Below the pieces are notes generated by a model that was not told the DNA's origin, made no database searches, and saw nothing but the letters and a program-made list of their open reading frames with translations. This document shows, in pieces, positions 54,932-64,000 of a stretch of DNA of 64,000 nucleotides. Source of the stretch: Spirochaetota bacterium (lineage in GTDB: Bacteria > Spirochaetota > Spirochaetia > CAKZLE01); NCBI GenBank assembly GCA_051745285.1, contig JBNJDX010000001.1, positions 67,150 through 131,149 of the forward strand. The letters run 5' to 3'. Position 1 is the first letter of the stretch. Each line of letters begins with the position of its first letter. The position numbers were made by a program, and so were the translations under genes.

Positions 54932-56959
54932 TTAATCACTGAAAGGCAGCATGTAGGATGTCTCTTCATCGGCCTTTCGCACGCAGCCAAGAAGCTGTTC
55001 ATCTGTATATTCAGCAAAATCCCCAAGCCTGACTGAGATGTCAGGATCTATCTCGTAACTATACTGCACGTAGGTTACCGGGTAAAACGTCAGCCGTTTT
55101 TCTTCGTGAACGCTTTTTTCCAACAGGCGCTGAGCCCCCTGACGGAGCAACCGCAACTTATTCAGCAAATCATCGTGGGACTCAACACTCCATACGCCAA
55201 GTAATATCGCACGATCATGATCATTCAGGTCGCCGATCATCTCGCCCCGCAGCAGGCGGTCCCGGGGCTTGCCCAGGTAGGGAACAAAATCAAGGTGTTC
55301 AGCTAGTTTCCTGTCAGTTGCAAAAAATCTTCCGTTACGGGGATCGAGCGTAAAGATTATCACGTGATCAACAGCCTGGCCATAACTGCGAAACAGAGGT
55401 CCCCGGTAGCGCTTGGGGTTGATAACTGAGAACAGCTGATCAGACTGTTGCTTAATCATGACTGCCGTACCGTAAAGCCAGCGCTGGAACACTTGTTGAT
55501 CACTTTTGAGTTTGTCGATTTCCCCCTTGAAGGCGGCATCCGTTACCTCGTTCTGAAAATAGCGAAGTACCAGACGGTAGACCTCTCTGATATTATAACG
55601 TTTACCAAAGAGGGAAATAACATCATACAAAAATATTTCCATCTTTCTCAGCTGCCAGATAAAGGCAATTACATCAGTACGTGAAGTGGAGCCCCCCACA
55701 TGGTGCATCTCAATGAGATCCTCAAATTCGTGATACCTGCGCTCAAGCTGAGAAAACCAGCGTTCAGCGCCTTTGTGAGGTCTGTCTAGCAAAATGGTCC
55801 AGGACGTTCCATAATCTCTCCGGCTTTCAACGGTTATGTGATCGGGACCAAACGTTTCATACACCTGCACGGTCCCCAGCCCTTCTCCGACCTCTCGTTC
55901 CTTTGATGTCTGCCCGACAAAAAGCGGAATGCCATCTTCGTTGCGTGTCAGCAGGCTCTCTTCTATACCGATACCATTATCCCGCACGGTAAGAATGACC
56001 TGTTCTTCAGAATCCTCAAGCTCGATTGCAAGCAGCCCTTTCACTCCCCGCTCTTTGATTGCTTCCATGGCGTTGGAAACAATATTGATCAACGCACGGC
56101 TGTGGCTCAGGTAGTAACCGAGCACCATTGGATCACGAGTGTTGAGTGTCAGCTGAATCTTACAGTCCGCTGAAGAATTATGGATGTAAGGCACAATCCG
56201 CTCAAGAATGAGTTCCTGTACATTTATTTCGTGTGCACTGCTGAGTTTGTCCCTGAATTCGTTGAGTATGTTTATCAGTGTGGTTGTCTCACGGTTGATA
56301 TCCTCAATGATGCGCCCTGCATTTGCCTGTCCCAGCGTGTCCACAAGATGGGAAAGCAGTCGAATAGTTTTCCTAGCATCATGACGTGTTTTCCCAATAT
56401 CCTCTTTCGACTCCGGGTCACTCTCACCTGAGAGCGCCATTCTGGCTCTCTCAAGGATTTTCAGGGCGGAGGATGCCAGATGGTAGTACCGTCGATTCCG
56501 GTAGATGACCGGTTCGAGAACCTGGAAACCTTTCTGCTGAAAATACTCTATCGTGTCACGTTGCTTCTCCCAGAGATACAGATAGATATCAGCTTGTTCA
56601 CAGACCTGCTCGGCGAGATGTTCAATGAAAGAATTCCCGATCCCCCGTCCTCTTCCGAATGGACTGGTGACAATTTTATAAATGTGAAAATTAAGTTTTT
56701 CTCGATCAGAATACACCAGCATGTATCCAAGTATCTCCCCCTCTTCTATCCAGACATAGCTGTGCTGAAAATCTTTCTCAATTTCGGTGTCCCGAATGTA
56801 GGGAGACGGTATGACAAAGGTGTCAATGTTCAATAGCGGATTGGTCTGGATACTCTCCTCGGTGTCGGGGGTCAGCTGGTGAATACAGTTGTGATTCTTG
56901 CACTTCATACTTCTATTATTCACGGCTTCAGCCGGGAAGACAAGGTAGTTGCACCCCAT
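54932..56959 (-). CDS. GNAT acetyltransferase fused to a histidine-kinase-like ATPase and an unknown ~270-aa C-terminal domain
   Basis: The GNAT acetyl-CoA loop is FGRGRGIGNSFIEH. A possible H-box reads GKTRHDARKTI. The HATPase_c N-box is NIVSNAMEA, G1 is RDNGIGI and G2 is GEGLGT. I recognise nothing in the C-terminal third. Confidence 0.7.
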   Translation of the reverse strand: MGCNYLVFPAEAVNNRSMKCKNHNCIHQLTPDTEESIQTNPLLNIDTFVIPSPYIRDTEIEKDFQHSYVWIEEGEILGYMLVYSDREKLNFHIYKIVTSPFGRGRGIGNSFIEHLAEQVCEQADIYLYLWEKQRDTIEYFQQKGFQVLEPVIYRNRRYYHLASSALKILERARMALSGESDPESKEDIGKTRHDARKTIRLLSHLVDTLGQANAGRIIEDINRETTTLINILNEFRDKLSSAHEINVQELILERIVPYIHNSSADCKIQLTLNTRDPMVLGYYLSHSRALINIVSNAMEAIKERGVKGLLAIELEDSEEQVILTVRDNGIGIEESLLTRNEDGIPLFVGQTSKEREVGEGLGTVQVYETFGPDHITVESRRDYGTSWTILLDRPHKGAERWFSQLERRYHEFEDLIEMHHVGGSTSRTDVIAFIWQLRKMEIFLYDVISLFGKRYNIREVYRLVLRYFQNEVTDAAFKGEIDKLKSDQQVFQRWLYGTAVMIKQQSDQLFSVINPKRYRGPLFRSYGQAVDHVIIFTLDPRNGRFFATDRKLAEHLDFVPYLGKPRDRLLRGEMIGDLNDHDRAILLGVWSVESHDDLLNKLRLLRQGAQRLLEKSVHEEKRLTFYPVTYVQYSYEIDPDISVRLGDFAEYTDEQLLGCVRKADEETSYMLPFSD

Positions 56960-57115
56960 ACACGGGACCAGAGCGCTGATGGAGTATGTACTGGTTGCAT
57001 TGTAAGCAAAATGAGACTCATGTTACAGATAAGCCACTCCGAAGAATGCTGCATAAAAAGGACTAGACCGCCTAAAACACCTGGTTTTAAGCGGTCAGGA
57101 AACGGCGGTAACTGT

Positions 57116-58372
57116 TTAACCGGGCTGCCTGAGCCACTTGAGCATCTCTCGAAACGAGTAGCGCTTCCCGTGGAGAAGAATTCCTATGCGAAAGATCTTA
57201 CCGGCTGCTGTTATCATCAGGTAAATGGAACATAGTAAAATTGCAAAACAGAGGATCAGTTCCCAAGCCTCAGGTCCGTGAACCAGTACCCGCGTAAACA
57301 TAACCACCGGGGAGGTCATTGGGAAATAAGAGAGTATCTGCACAAACAGTGAGGTGGGGTTCATGATAATCGGAGAAATCATGACCATAGGGATGACCAG
57401 AAAGGTAATCAGTGGCCAGGAGAGTTGCCCGAGGTTCTGCTCGTCTTCTGCAGCTGCCCCGAGGGCTGCGTACGCCCCGGCATACAATGCAAAAGCAGCC
57501 AGAAAAAAGACAACTAAGTACAAAAGCGTAACAGGATTGATGCTAGCAGGTAAAGTGAGATCGAAAGCTGGTCCTATGCCCAGAACCAATACCAGTGCAG
57601 CGGAGACCCAGATGGCATATTGAAGCAGCCCGGCTCCACCGATCCCGATAATTTTCCCAAACATAATCTCACTTGAACGTACAGAAGAGAGCATAATCTC
57701 TACTGTCTTTGAAGTCTTTTCAGTTACTATCGACCTTCCAATCATCTGACCATAGAGAATGATTGTCATATACAGAAGGAGAATAAAGGAAATGGTCGTT
57801 ATCATGATACCGAAAAAATCTCCGCTTTGTTCATCCCCAGAGCTGCTGAGCTTCCTAACCTGTAACTCAGGAGCTTGAGATAACTGCCGAATCTGTTCGG
57901 GTTCAAAACCTGCCTCTCGCATACGAAACGATACAGCAATTGCTCCCAGTGCCGATTTGAGCATCTCAGATACCGCGAGGTCGGTTCCCGTCTCTGAGTA
58001 ATATGTGAAAGACTCGACCGTCGTGATATCTCCCGGGATTTCGAGAATTCCCTTCACGTTTGTACCTTCAAACAGCTGCTGTTTGGCCGCTTCGAGGTCC
58101 TCGGTCTCAACAATGAGTAATCCCTGATCCTCAACTGCCTCCTGAAGTGGAACCAGTACTTCTTCACCAGCGCCCACCACGGCAATTTTTGAGCCCTCCT
58201 CTACACCGTCCATCTGCCTGCTAAGCAGGCTGGGGAGCACAGAGATTGCAAAAATGAGAATCGGTCCGATAATGGTCATTATGAGGTAGGCCTTCGTAGA
58301 GGTTATTCCCCGAAATTCCTGTTTTCCGATAATTGCTATATTCCTGCTTCCTCTCATACCCTTGTACCTCAT
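57116..58372 (-). CDS. ABC-2 family permease (NatB-like)
   Basis: 418 aa. An N-terminal TM helix is followed by a large extracytoplasmic loop and then 5 TM helices. The start overlaps the ATPase stop. Confidence 0.8.
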   Translation of the reverse strand: MRYKGMRGSRNIAIIGKQEFRGITSTKAYLIMTIIGPILIFAISVLPSLLSRQMDGVEEGSKIAVVGAGEEVLVPLQEAVEDQGLLIVETEDLEAAKQQLFEGTNVKGILEIPGDITTVESFTYYSETGTDLAVSEMLKSALGAIAVSFRMREAGFEPEQIRQLSQAPELQVRKLSSSGDEQSGDFFGIMITTISFILLLYMTIILYGQMIGRSIVTEKTSKTVEIMLSSVRSSEIMFGKIIGIGGAGLLQYAIWVSAALVLVLGIGPAFDLTLPASINPVTLLYLVVFFLAAFALYAGAYAALGAAAEDEQNLGQLSWPLITFLVIPMVMISPIIMNPTSLFVQILSYFPMTSPVVMFTRVLVHGPEAWELILCFAILLCSIYLMITAAGKIFRIGILLHGKRYSFREMLKWLRQPG

Positions 58373-59262
58373 GCCTGCTTTTTTACGAGCGATATAAAAA
58401 TATTATGGAGTGATGGAGCTACAATTTCGAACTTTCGGATCGAAATGTTTCCTGCAAGCTGTGTAAGCAACGCATCAGGATCGGCTCCATCGACTAATGC
58501 AATTTCTATGTAGCGCGGGTAGGTTATCACTTTTTCCACCTGTGGGAGGGTGTGTATAAAGGAACCATCCCCGGAAAACTCCACAATGACAGAACGACGC
58601 CCAAACTGATCTTTCACCTCATCTAATGGCCCAGCGACAACTTTCTTCCCCGCATTGATGAGAAAAATGGTGTCGCATATCTTCTCAGCCTGCTCCATGA
58701 TATGTGTCGAAAAAAGCACTGTCTTTTCCTGCCGAGCTAGATCAGATATTGTCTCCCGAAGCATATCGGTACTCACCGGGTCCAGGCCTGAAAAGGGCTC
58801 ATCAAAAAAGACAATCTGAGGATCGTGCGCCACTGAGGCAATAAACTGAATTTTTTGGGACATCCCCTTGGAGAGTTCCTCAACTTTGTTGAATTTCCAC
58901 TTGCTCAGCTCAAAATAATCGAGCCATCTGTCGATGTTTTCCAGCAGCTCACTATCTTCTTTCCCTTTCAGTCTGCCGAGATAGAGCAGCAGCTCCCCCA
59001 CTTTCATTTTCTTATAGAGTCCGCGTTCCTCAGGCAGATAACCAATACGATCCTTATCCTGCTCTCGCATGGGACGTCCATCAAACAAAATGGTGCCTTC
59101 ATCCGGTGCTATGATATTCATAATCATCCGGATGGTTGTTGTCTTTCCTGCTCCGTTAGGACCAAGCAGGCCGAATATTTTCCCTTTCTCAGCGGTAAAA
59201 GAAATCCCGTCAACGGCGGGAATCTTCCCATAGTGTTTAACAATATTCTGGAGCTCTACCAT
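58369..59262 (-). CDS. ABC transporter ATP-binding protein (NatA-like)
   Basis: Walker A is GPNGAGKTT, the signature is LSKGMSQK and Walker B is VFFDEP. The ORF is trimmed to MVELQNI after a GGGAG RBS. Confidence 0.9.
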   Translation of the reverse strand: MVELQNIVKHYGKIPAVDGISFTAEKGKIFGLLGPNGAGKTTTIRMIMNIIAPDEGTILFDGRPMREQDKDRIGYLPEERGLYKKMKVGELLLYLGRLKGKEDSELLENIDRWLDYFELSKWKFNKVEELSKGMSQKIQFIASVAHDPQIVFFDEPFSGLDPVSTDMLRETISDLARQEKTVLFSTHIMEQAEKICDTIFLINAGKKVVAGPLDEVKDQFGRRSVIVEFSGDGSFIHTLPQVEKVITYPRYIEIALVDGADPDALLTQLAGNISIRKFEIVAPSLHNIFISLVKKQA

Positions 59263-59447
59263 TACTAATCTCCCTGAAGGTATCCTTTTGCTCAAATTCG
59301 AGATATGCTATCACGACTCTGAATAGAGCGCAATAGCTCCAAAGCAATTTTTTGTACCCACACACTACAGCAGTTGACATGCATTTTTCCAAATCAATAC
59401 ACTGAACACAGACTCCAAACGTGGTGATACATGGAGGTAAAAAAAAC

Positions 59448-59990
59448 ATGGCCAAGAAAACTGTTTCAGGGGTAACCATCGAATGTTTACAGGGTGATAT
59501 TGCTAGCCAGAGTGATATGGCAGCAGTAGTAAACGCCGCCAATGCCGAACTTAAACCCGGTGGAGGCGTGGCAGGGGCCATCCACAGAACTGCTGGGCCA
59601 GAACTAGAGAAGGAGTGCCGTCCCCTAGCTCCAATACAACCTGGGGAAGCAGTCATTACGGGCGCCCACGGACTTCCGAATCAGTATGTCATTCACTGCC
59701 TCGGGCCAGTCTACGGTGTGGACGAACCTGCCGATGAACTACTTGCTTCCTGCTACAAGAGAGCTCTTGAACTTGCCGAGAAGAACAGCGTTGAATCGAT
59801 TGCCTTCCCGGCGATCTCAACCGGAGCCTTCGGGTATCCCCTGGAGGAGGCTACTAAAACCGCATTTTACACGATAAAAAAGGTTCTTCCCCAACTGCAG
59901 CAGGTTAAGACTATTCGATTTGTGCTCTACAGCAAACGGGACCTGCAGGTGCATGAACACTATCTTGAGGCAATAGTATCTAAGCAGTAG
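59448..59990 (+). CDS. Macro-domain protein (O-acetyl-ADP-ribose deacetylase/ADP-ribose binding type)
   Basis: AVVNAANAELKPGGGVAGAIH and AFPAISTGAFGYP are present. Confidence 0.85.
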   Translation: MAKKTVSGVTIECLQGDIASQSDMAAVVNAANAELKPGGGVAGAIHRTAGPELEKECRPLAPIQPGEAVITGAHGLPNQYVIHCLGPVYGVDEPADELLASCYKRALELAEKNSVESIAFPAISTGAFGYPLEEATKTAFYTIKKVLPQLQQVKTIRFVLYSKRDLQVHEHYLEAIVSKQ

Positions 59991-60022
59991 GCGGATAGGG
60001 AGAATTATGATAGCCTGGCCGG

Positions 60023-60700
60023 ATGAAAAAGACATTCAATTCATACGATGTGTATATATTCGACCTCGACGGAACGTTGACTGATTCATCACAGGGCATC
60101 ACTCAGGGAATCCGTCGAATGCTTGACTATCTCGATATAGAGATCTCAGCAGAGGGGCTTACCGAGTGGATCGGACCGCCCATCAAGCAGAGACTGACAC
60201 ATGAGTACGGTATCGGATTACAGCAAATCGATGAAGCTATTGCCGTTTTTCGATCATACTACTCTAAGCAGGGATATCGGGAAAACCGGCTCTACCCTGG
60301 GGTTAGAGAGCTTTTGAGAACTCTCAGAGAGCAGGGAAAGCAAACGCTCATTGCAACCTCCAAGCCGGAACAACATGCCATGCAAGTTCTTACTCATTTT
60401 GATCTGCTTCATATGTTTGATTTTATCGGCACAAATACAGACGATAATATGCGACCGACGAAGACTGACGTATTAGCGCATGTGCTAGAGGCCGCTGATA
60501 TAAGCAGGCAAGCTCGGGCAGTGATGATAGGAGACCGCTCCTTTGACACGTGCGGGGCCCGGGAGTGTTCGATCGATGCTGTAGGGGTCCTCTACGGCTT
60601 CGGTTCTCCTGAAGAATTTGACCATTGCCCCCCGAAGGCTCTCGTTGAGCACCCTGAAGACTTGCTGCCGCTTCTTTGCGGAGAGCGGGTTTACAGCTAA
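60023..60700 (+). CDS. HAD-IA family hydrolase (phosphoglycolate phosphatase-like)
   Basis: Motif I is FDLDGTLTDS. The ATSK and GDRSFD motifs are also present. Confidence 0.8.
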   Translation: MKKTFNSYDVYIFDLDGTLTDSSQGITQGIRRMLDYLDIEISAEGLTEWIGPPIKQRLTHEYGIGLQQIDEAIAVFRSYYSKQGYRENRLYPGVRELLRTLREQGKQTLIATSKPEQHAMQVLTHFDLLHMFDFIGTNTDDNMRPTKTDVLAHVLEAADISRQARAVMIGDRSFDTCGARECSIDAVGVLYGFGSPEEFDHCPPKALVEHPEDLLPLLCGERVYS

Positions 60701-60735
60701 CTCTCGAACCCTTATGTTACCAGGAGGTTCGCTCC

Positions 60736-61464
60736 ATGGCCTTTTATCAGTCCATTTCCCACCTGTATGACTATATTTTCCCCTTCTCTCCTATTCAGAG
60801 GGACTTTGTGTTACAACACCTAGAGACCCCCGAGGACACTACCCTACTGGAAATTGGCTGTGCTACCGGTTCATTGGCGCACCGGCTTGCTCAGGATTGC
60901 GCAGAAGTTACCGGTATTGATGCTGATGGGCAGATGATTATTCGGGCTCGGGAAAAGATGAAAAACTATAAAACCCCGGCTCATATCATGAAGCTCGACA
61001 TGCAAAAGATCGGTTCCGCGCTCTCCCCTCGTCAGTTTGACGCAGTTATTTCCTTTGGAAACACCCTCGTGCATCTGTCTTCCCTGCCCGAAATGCAGCA
61101 TGTGCTGGGTTCCGTCAGGACCTTGCTGCGAAATGGCGGAAAGCTGATGCTGCAGATTATCAATTATGACAGAGTTCTTGATCAGCAACTATCCCAGCTC
61201 CCGACCATAGAAAACGACTACATCCGCTTTGAACGGCACTACCACTATGTGGCAGGGCAGCACAAGATAGCCTTCACCACCATACTGACCGACAAGCACG
61301 CAGGAGAATCCTCAAAGCAGGAAGTTCTCCTGTATCCGCTTCGGAGGGGAGAACTCAGCCAGCTTCTGTCTGAGGCAGGGTTTACCAGCTGCCAGTGGTT
61401 TGGAGGATTTGACGGATCTCCGCTCACCCCTGAGAGTGCTCCACTCGTTGTTACCGCCACCTAG
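60736..61464 (+). CDS. Class I SAM-dependent methyltransferase
   Basis: The SAM motif LLEIGCATG is present. The ATG lies 8 nt after an AGGAGG RBS. Confidence 0.8.
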   Translation: MAFYQSISHLYDYIFPFSPIQRDFVLQHLETPEDTTLLEIGCATGSLAHRLAQDCAEVTGIDADGQMIIRAREKMKNYKTPAHIMKLDMQKIGSALSPRQFDAVISFGNTLVHLSSLPEMQHVLGSVRTLLRNGGKLMLQIINYDRVLDQQLSQLPTIENDYIRFERHYHYVAGQHKIAFTTILTDKHAGESSKQEVLLYPLRRGELSQLLSEAGFTSCQWFGGFDGSPLTPESAPLVVTAT

Positions 61465-61567
61465 GCATCTCCGATCATTCCTGTCATTACAGGTTGTCCA
61501 AACACCCATATTCTGTTACTCTGCCGATACATATGCACACTCAACATTAGTACACAGGAGTATGACG

Positions 61568-63304
61568 ATGAGAATGTCAAGGCTGTTTTCACGAACCCTT
61601 CGTGAAGTCCCTGCAGGAGCGGAAAGCAAAGGGTATGAATACCTGCTGCGTGCCGGTTATATTCGACAACTAGGAACAGGTATTTTTTCCCTGCTTCCCC
61701 TTGGGCTGAAAACAGTTCGCAATATTGAGGCCATCATAAGGGAAGAAATGGAGGCTATTGGCGCCCAGGAGATTCAGATGCCCGTTGTCAATCCAGCCGA
61801 AATCTGGAAAGAGACTGGAAGATATTTCAGCATTGATCGGGAGTTGAGCAGGTTTAAAGACCGAGTTGGGCGGGATATGGTCCTTGCCATGACTCATGAA
61901 GAAGCTGTGACCGATATTGCCCGCGGCGAGATTGATTCCCATCGGAACCTGCCTTCGCTCGTCTATCAGATCCAGACAAAATGGCGAGACGACCCCAGGC
62001 CACGTGCAGGACTGATCAGGGTCCGGGAATTTACCATGAAAGACAGCTACAGCTTTGATAAAGATTACGAAGGTCTTAAAAAACAGTACAAAGCACACTA
62101 CGACGCCTATTTTCGCATTTTTGGCCGCTGTGCCCTCCCGGTTATTGCTGTTGGGTCTGACTCGGGTATGATGGGAGGAAAGGTCGCCCATGAATATATG
62201 TACCTCTCTCCTATCGGCGAAGACACTATTGTTCGTTGTCCCGCCTGCGGAATGACAGCGAACAGACAGGTTGCTCAATTCAGCAAAACATACGTTACCG
62301 AAGAGCCGAAGCCTGTGGAGGAAGTCGCTACTCCCAATACGAGGACAATAGAGGAACTTACCTCCCTGCTTGACATACCGGCAACCCGGACGGCTAAAGC
62401 AGTCTTCACCATCGGGACCTATACTGGAGAAGATGGAACCGAGGAAGAAAAACTAATCGTGGCCGTTATTCGCGGAGACTTCGATATTGAAGAGGCAAAG
62501 CTGCAGAAAGCCACCGGAGCGAATCGTCTGAGGCCAGCCCGTGATGAAGAAATCACTGCAGCGGGTATGTCACCCGGCTATGGCTCTCCCATTGGGGGAA
62601 GAGCAGGGCTAATCATTGTTGATGACAGCGCTGCCAAGTCCAACAATCTGGTCGCGGGGGCCAATAAGAACGGCTACCACCTGCTTCATACCAATTACGG
62701 TCGCGATTACGAAGGAACTGTTGCCGATATTGCTACCGCTACGGAAGGGGCAGCTTGTCCAGAGTGCGGAGAGCCTCTATCGGTAGTCAAGGGTGTTGAA
62801 GTCGGAAATATCTTCCAACTGGGAACCCGCTATTCTGAAACCATGGGATGCATGTTTCAAACAGAAGACGGACAACGCAAACCAGTTGTAATGGGGTCTT
62901 ACGGCATCGGCGTGGGACGCCTCATTGCCTGTATAGCCGAAGAACATGCGGGGGAACGGGGTATGGAGCTACCGATTACCGTAGCCCCATACCAGGTCCA
63001 TCTAGTCAGTCTGGCAGGGGACAAAACAGTTCCCGAACAGATGTACAACGATCTGCAGAGTGCGGGTATCGAAGTTCTCTACGACGACCGCAAAGGTTCT
63101 GCAGGAGTCAAGTTCAATGATGCGGATCTTATTGGCGTTCCAATTCGAATCACCATCGGAAATAAAGGATTGAAAGAGGGAATCGCTGAGGTTAAGTCCT
63201 CTCTACATGATGAAAGCATTAAGGTTCCGTTTGACCAGGCGGTTGCAAAAATAAAAGAGATTATTTCTTCGCATATTCAGAAAATCCATGATAGAATGGT
63301 GTGA
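61568..63304 (+). CDS. proS: Prolyl-tRNA synthetase (bacterial type with editing insertion)
   Basis: MRMSRLFSRTLREVP... and class II motifs (FRDDPRPRAGLIRVREF, GSYGIGVGR) are present. The ORF is trimmed from the track start at 61400 to the ATG 7 nt after an AGGAG RBS. Confidence 0.95.
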   Translation: MRMSRLFSRTLREVPAGAESKGYEYLLRAGYIRQLGTGIFSLLPLGLKTVRNIEAIIREEMEAIGAQEIQMPVVNPAEIWKETGRYFSIDRELSRFKDRVGRDMVLAMTHEEAVTDIARGEIDSHRNLPSLVYQIQTKWRDDPRPRAGLIRVREFTMKDSYSFDKDYEGLKKQYKAHYDAYFRIFGRCALPVIAVGSDSGMMGGKVAHEYMYLSPIGEDTIVRCPACGMTANRQVAQFSKTYVTEEPKPVEEVATPNTRTIEELTSLLDIPATRTAKAVFTIGTYTGEDGTEEEKLIVAVIRGDFDIEEAKLQKATGANRLRPARDEEITAAGMSPGYGSPIGGRAGLIIVDDSAAKSNNLVAGANKNGYHLLHTNYGRDYEGTVADIATATEGAACPECGEPLSVVKGVEVGNIFQLGTRYSETMGCMFQTEDGQRKPVVMGSYGIGVGRLIACIAEEHAGERGMELPITVAPYQVHLVSLAGDKTVPEQMYNDLQSAGIEVLYDDRKGSAGVKFNDADLIGVPIRITIGNKGLKEGIAEVKSSLHDESIKVPFDQAVAKIKEIISSHIQKIHDRMV

Positions 63305-63344
63305 GGAAGCCTGTAAATTTTTTCTGCTTCATCCGCTATACGTT

Positions 63345-63383
63345 AAATGGCTATCCCCTCGACCCGGGATAGCCATTTTTTTT
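63345..63383 (+). terminator. Rho-independent terminator of proS
   Basis: Perfect 13-bp stem AAATGGCTATCCC / GGGATAGCCATTT with an 8-nt loop, running into an 8-T tract. Confidence 0.9.
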
Positions 63384-63520
63384 GCTTCTACAGCTAGTAA
63401 AACAACCTATTACCAGTTACAATGCGCAACTGTTAAAATAACTCCTTTGCTTTTCATTGTTTTTACACAAGTGCTCGATTGCACTAAGCAGGGAGAACTA
63501 CATGTTTAGAGGTGATAGAT

Positions 63521-64000
63521 ATGATTGGATTGGTTGTTATAGCGGCTCTTGCCGCTCTTACTTTTGCCATTATTCACTTTTTCAGCGTAAAAAGGAAATC
63601 TCCGGGCACTGAACAAATGCAGCAGATCGCCGGGGCAATTCAAGATGGTGCCGGCGCATTTCTTCGTCTCGAGTACTCCCTGATAATCAAAGTCTCAATT
63701 GCTATTCTCATACTGCTCACAGTTCTCATATCCTGGACAAGTGCGGTAGCGTTCCTCCTCGGAGCGCTCATGAGCGCCAGTGCGGGCTGGATTGGTATGC
63801 GCATTGCGACAATCTCAAATGTGCGAGTTACCAATGAAGCCCGACTGACAAGGAGTCTTGGTAAAACCCTTCGGGTAGCTTTCAAGGGGGGAAGCGTAAT
63901 GGGCTTGTCTGTAGGAGGCTTCGCGCTCTTAGGGCTGGCTATTATTTATGTTGTTTTCGGACTGGTGCTCAAGCAGGCCCATCCTGAAAACCTTACTTTT
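63521..64000 (+). CDS. hppA: Membrane-bound proton/sodium-translocating pyrophosphatase (partial; N-terminal 160 aa)
   Basis: Hand translation gives MIGLVVIAALAALTFAIIHFF...MQQIAGAIQDGAGAFLRLEY..., the typical H+-PPase N-terminus. The frame is open to the window end. A GAGGTG RBS is present. It is absent from the ORF track because it is open-ended. Confidence 0.85.
   Translation, partial: MIGLVVIAALAALTFAIIHFFSVKRKSPGTEQMQQIAGAIQDGAGAFLRLEYSLIIKVSIAILILLTVLISWTSAVAFLLGALMSASAGWIGMRIATISNVRVTNEARLTRSLGKTLRVAFKGGSVMGLSVGGFALLGLAIIYVVFGLVLKQAHPENLTF

Noticed and set aside
61670-62278. 202-aa ORF antisense to proS
   Set aside because: It lies inside the conserved class II synthetase core on the other strand and has no motifs.
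1-64000. Search for mobile elements, CRISPR arrays, defence islands and large repeats
   Set aside because: I saw no transposase, integrase, recombinase, reverse transcriptase, Cas or restriction-like ORFs, and no regularly spaced direct repeats. The only duplications are ancient paralogue pairs (pspA, pspC and asd). tRNA-Ala at 28578 is not flanked by any integrase or direct repeat.

Overview
The window is a gene-dense chromosomal segment of about 58 protein genes plus one tRNA, at roughly 50% GC. I saw no rRNA, CRISPR array, transposase, integrase or phage genes. All calls come from reading the ORF translations and the DNA by eye; no database search was possible. The gene content suggests an anaerobic, possibly halotolerant bacterium. 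Relevant genes are a Na+-pumping oxaloacetate decarboxylase, GTP-type PEP carboxykinase, membrane pyrophosphatase, FeoB, Bmp lipoprotein, and BCCT and TRAP transporters. A spirochaete-like lineage is only a guess.

Gene order, left to right:
- NUDIX hydrolase (partial), Bmp-family lipoprotein, feoB and a DtxR/FeoA-fusion regulator.
- oadGAB, dCMP deaminase and a PfkB kinase.
- An NCS2 permease with a two-subunit xanthine-dehydrogenase-family enzyme.
- GTP-PEPCK, a Tyr phosphatase and a long U32 protein.
- The Memo/AMMECR1/radical-SAM trio, followed by panE.
- BCCT transporter and USP, an archaeal-type Asd, DUF763 and tRNA-Ala(GGC).
- A 13-kb minus-strand island (28.7-41.8 kb), described below.
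- lspA, a Nif3 protein, a LonC-like protease, a glutaredoxin-like protein, trmH and rsmI.
- A split psp regulon: pspA-pspC, pspF, then pspA-pspB-pspC-DUF4097.
- aspS, a GNAT-histidine-kinase fusion and a NatAB-like ABC pair.
- A macro-domain protein, a HAD phosphatase, a methyltransferase, proS and the start of a membrane pyrophosphatase.

The island carries an IclR regulator, a class-III aminotransferase, asd, an M20 amidohydrolase, a TRAP transporter, four EutA/D/B/C-like enzymes and aspartate kinase.

The most interesting candidate is this island. It reads as a non-canonical ectoine/hydroxyectoine-type catabolic pathway in which the deacetylase and the semialdehyde-oxidising steps are replaced by unrelated enzymes. 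The replacements could allow ATP gain through Asd and Ask running in reverse.

Second is the dual sigma-54 psp architecture, where both promoters share tandem upstream dyad sites.
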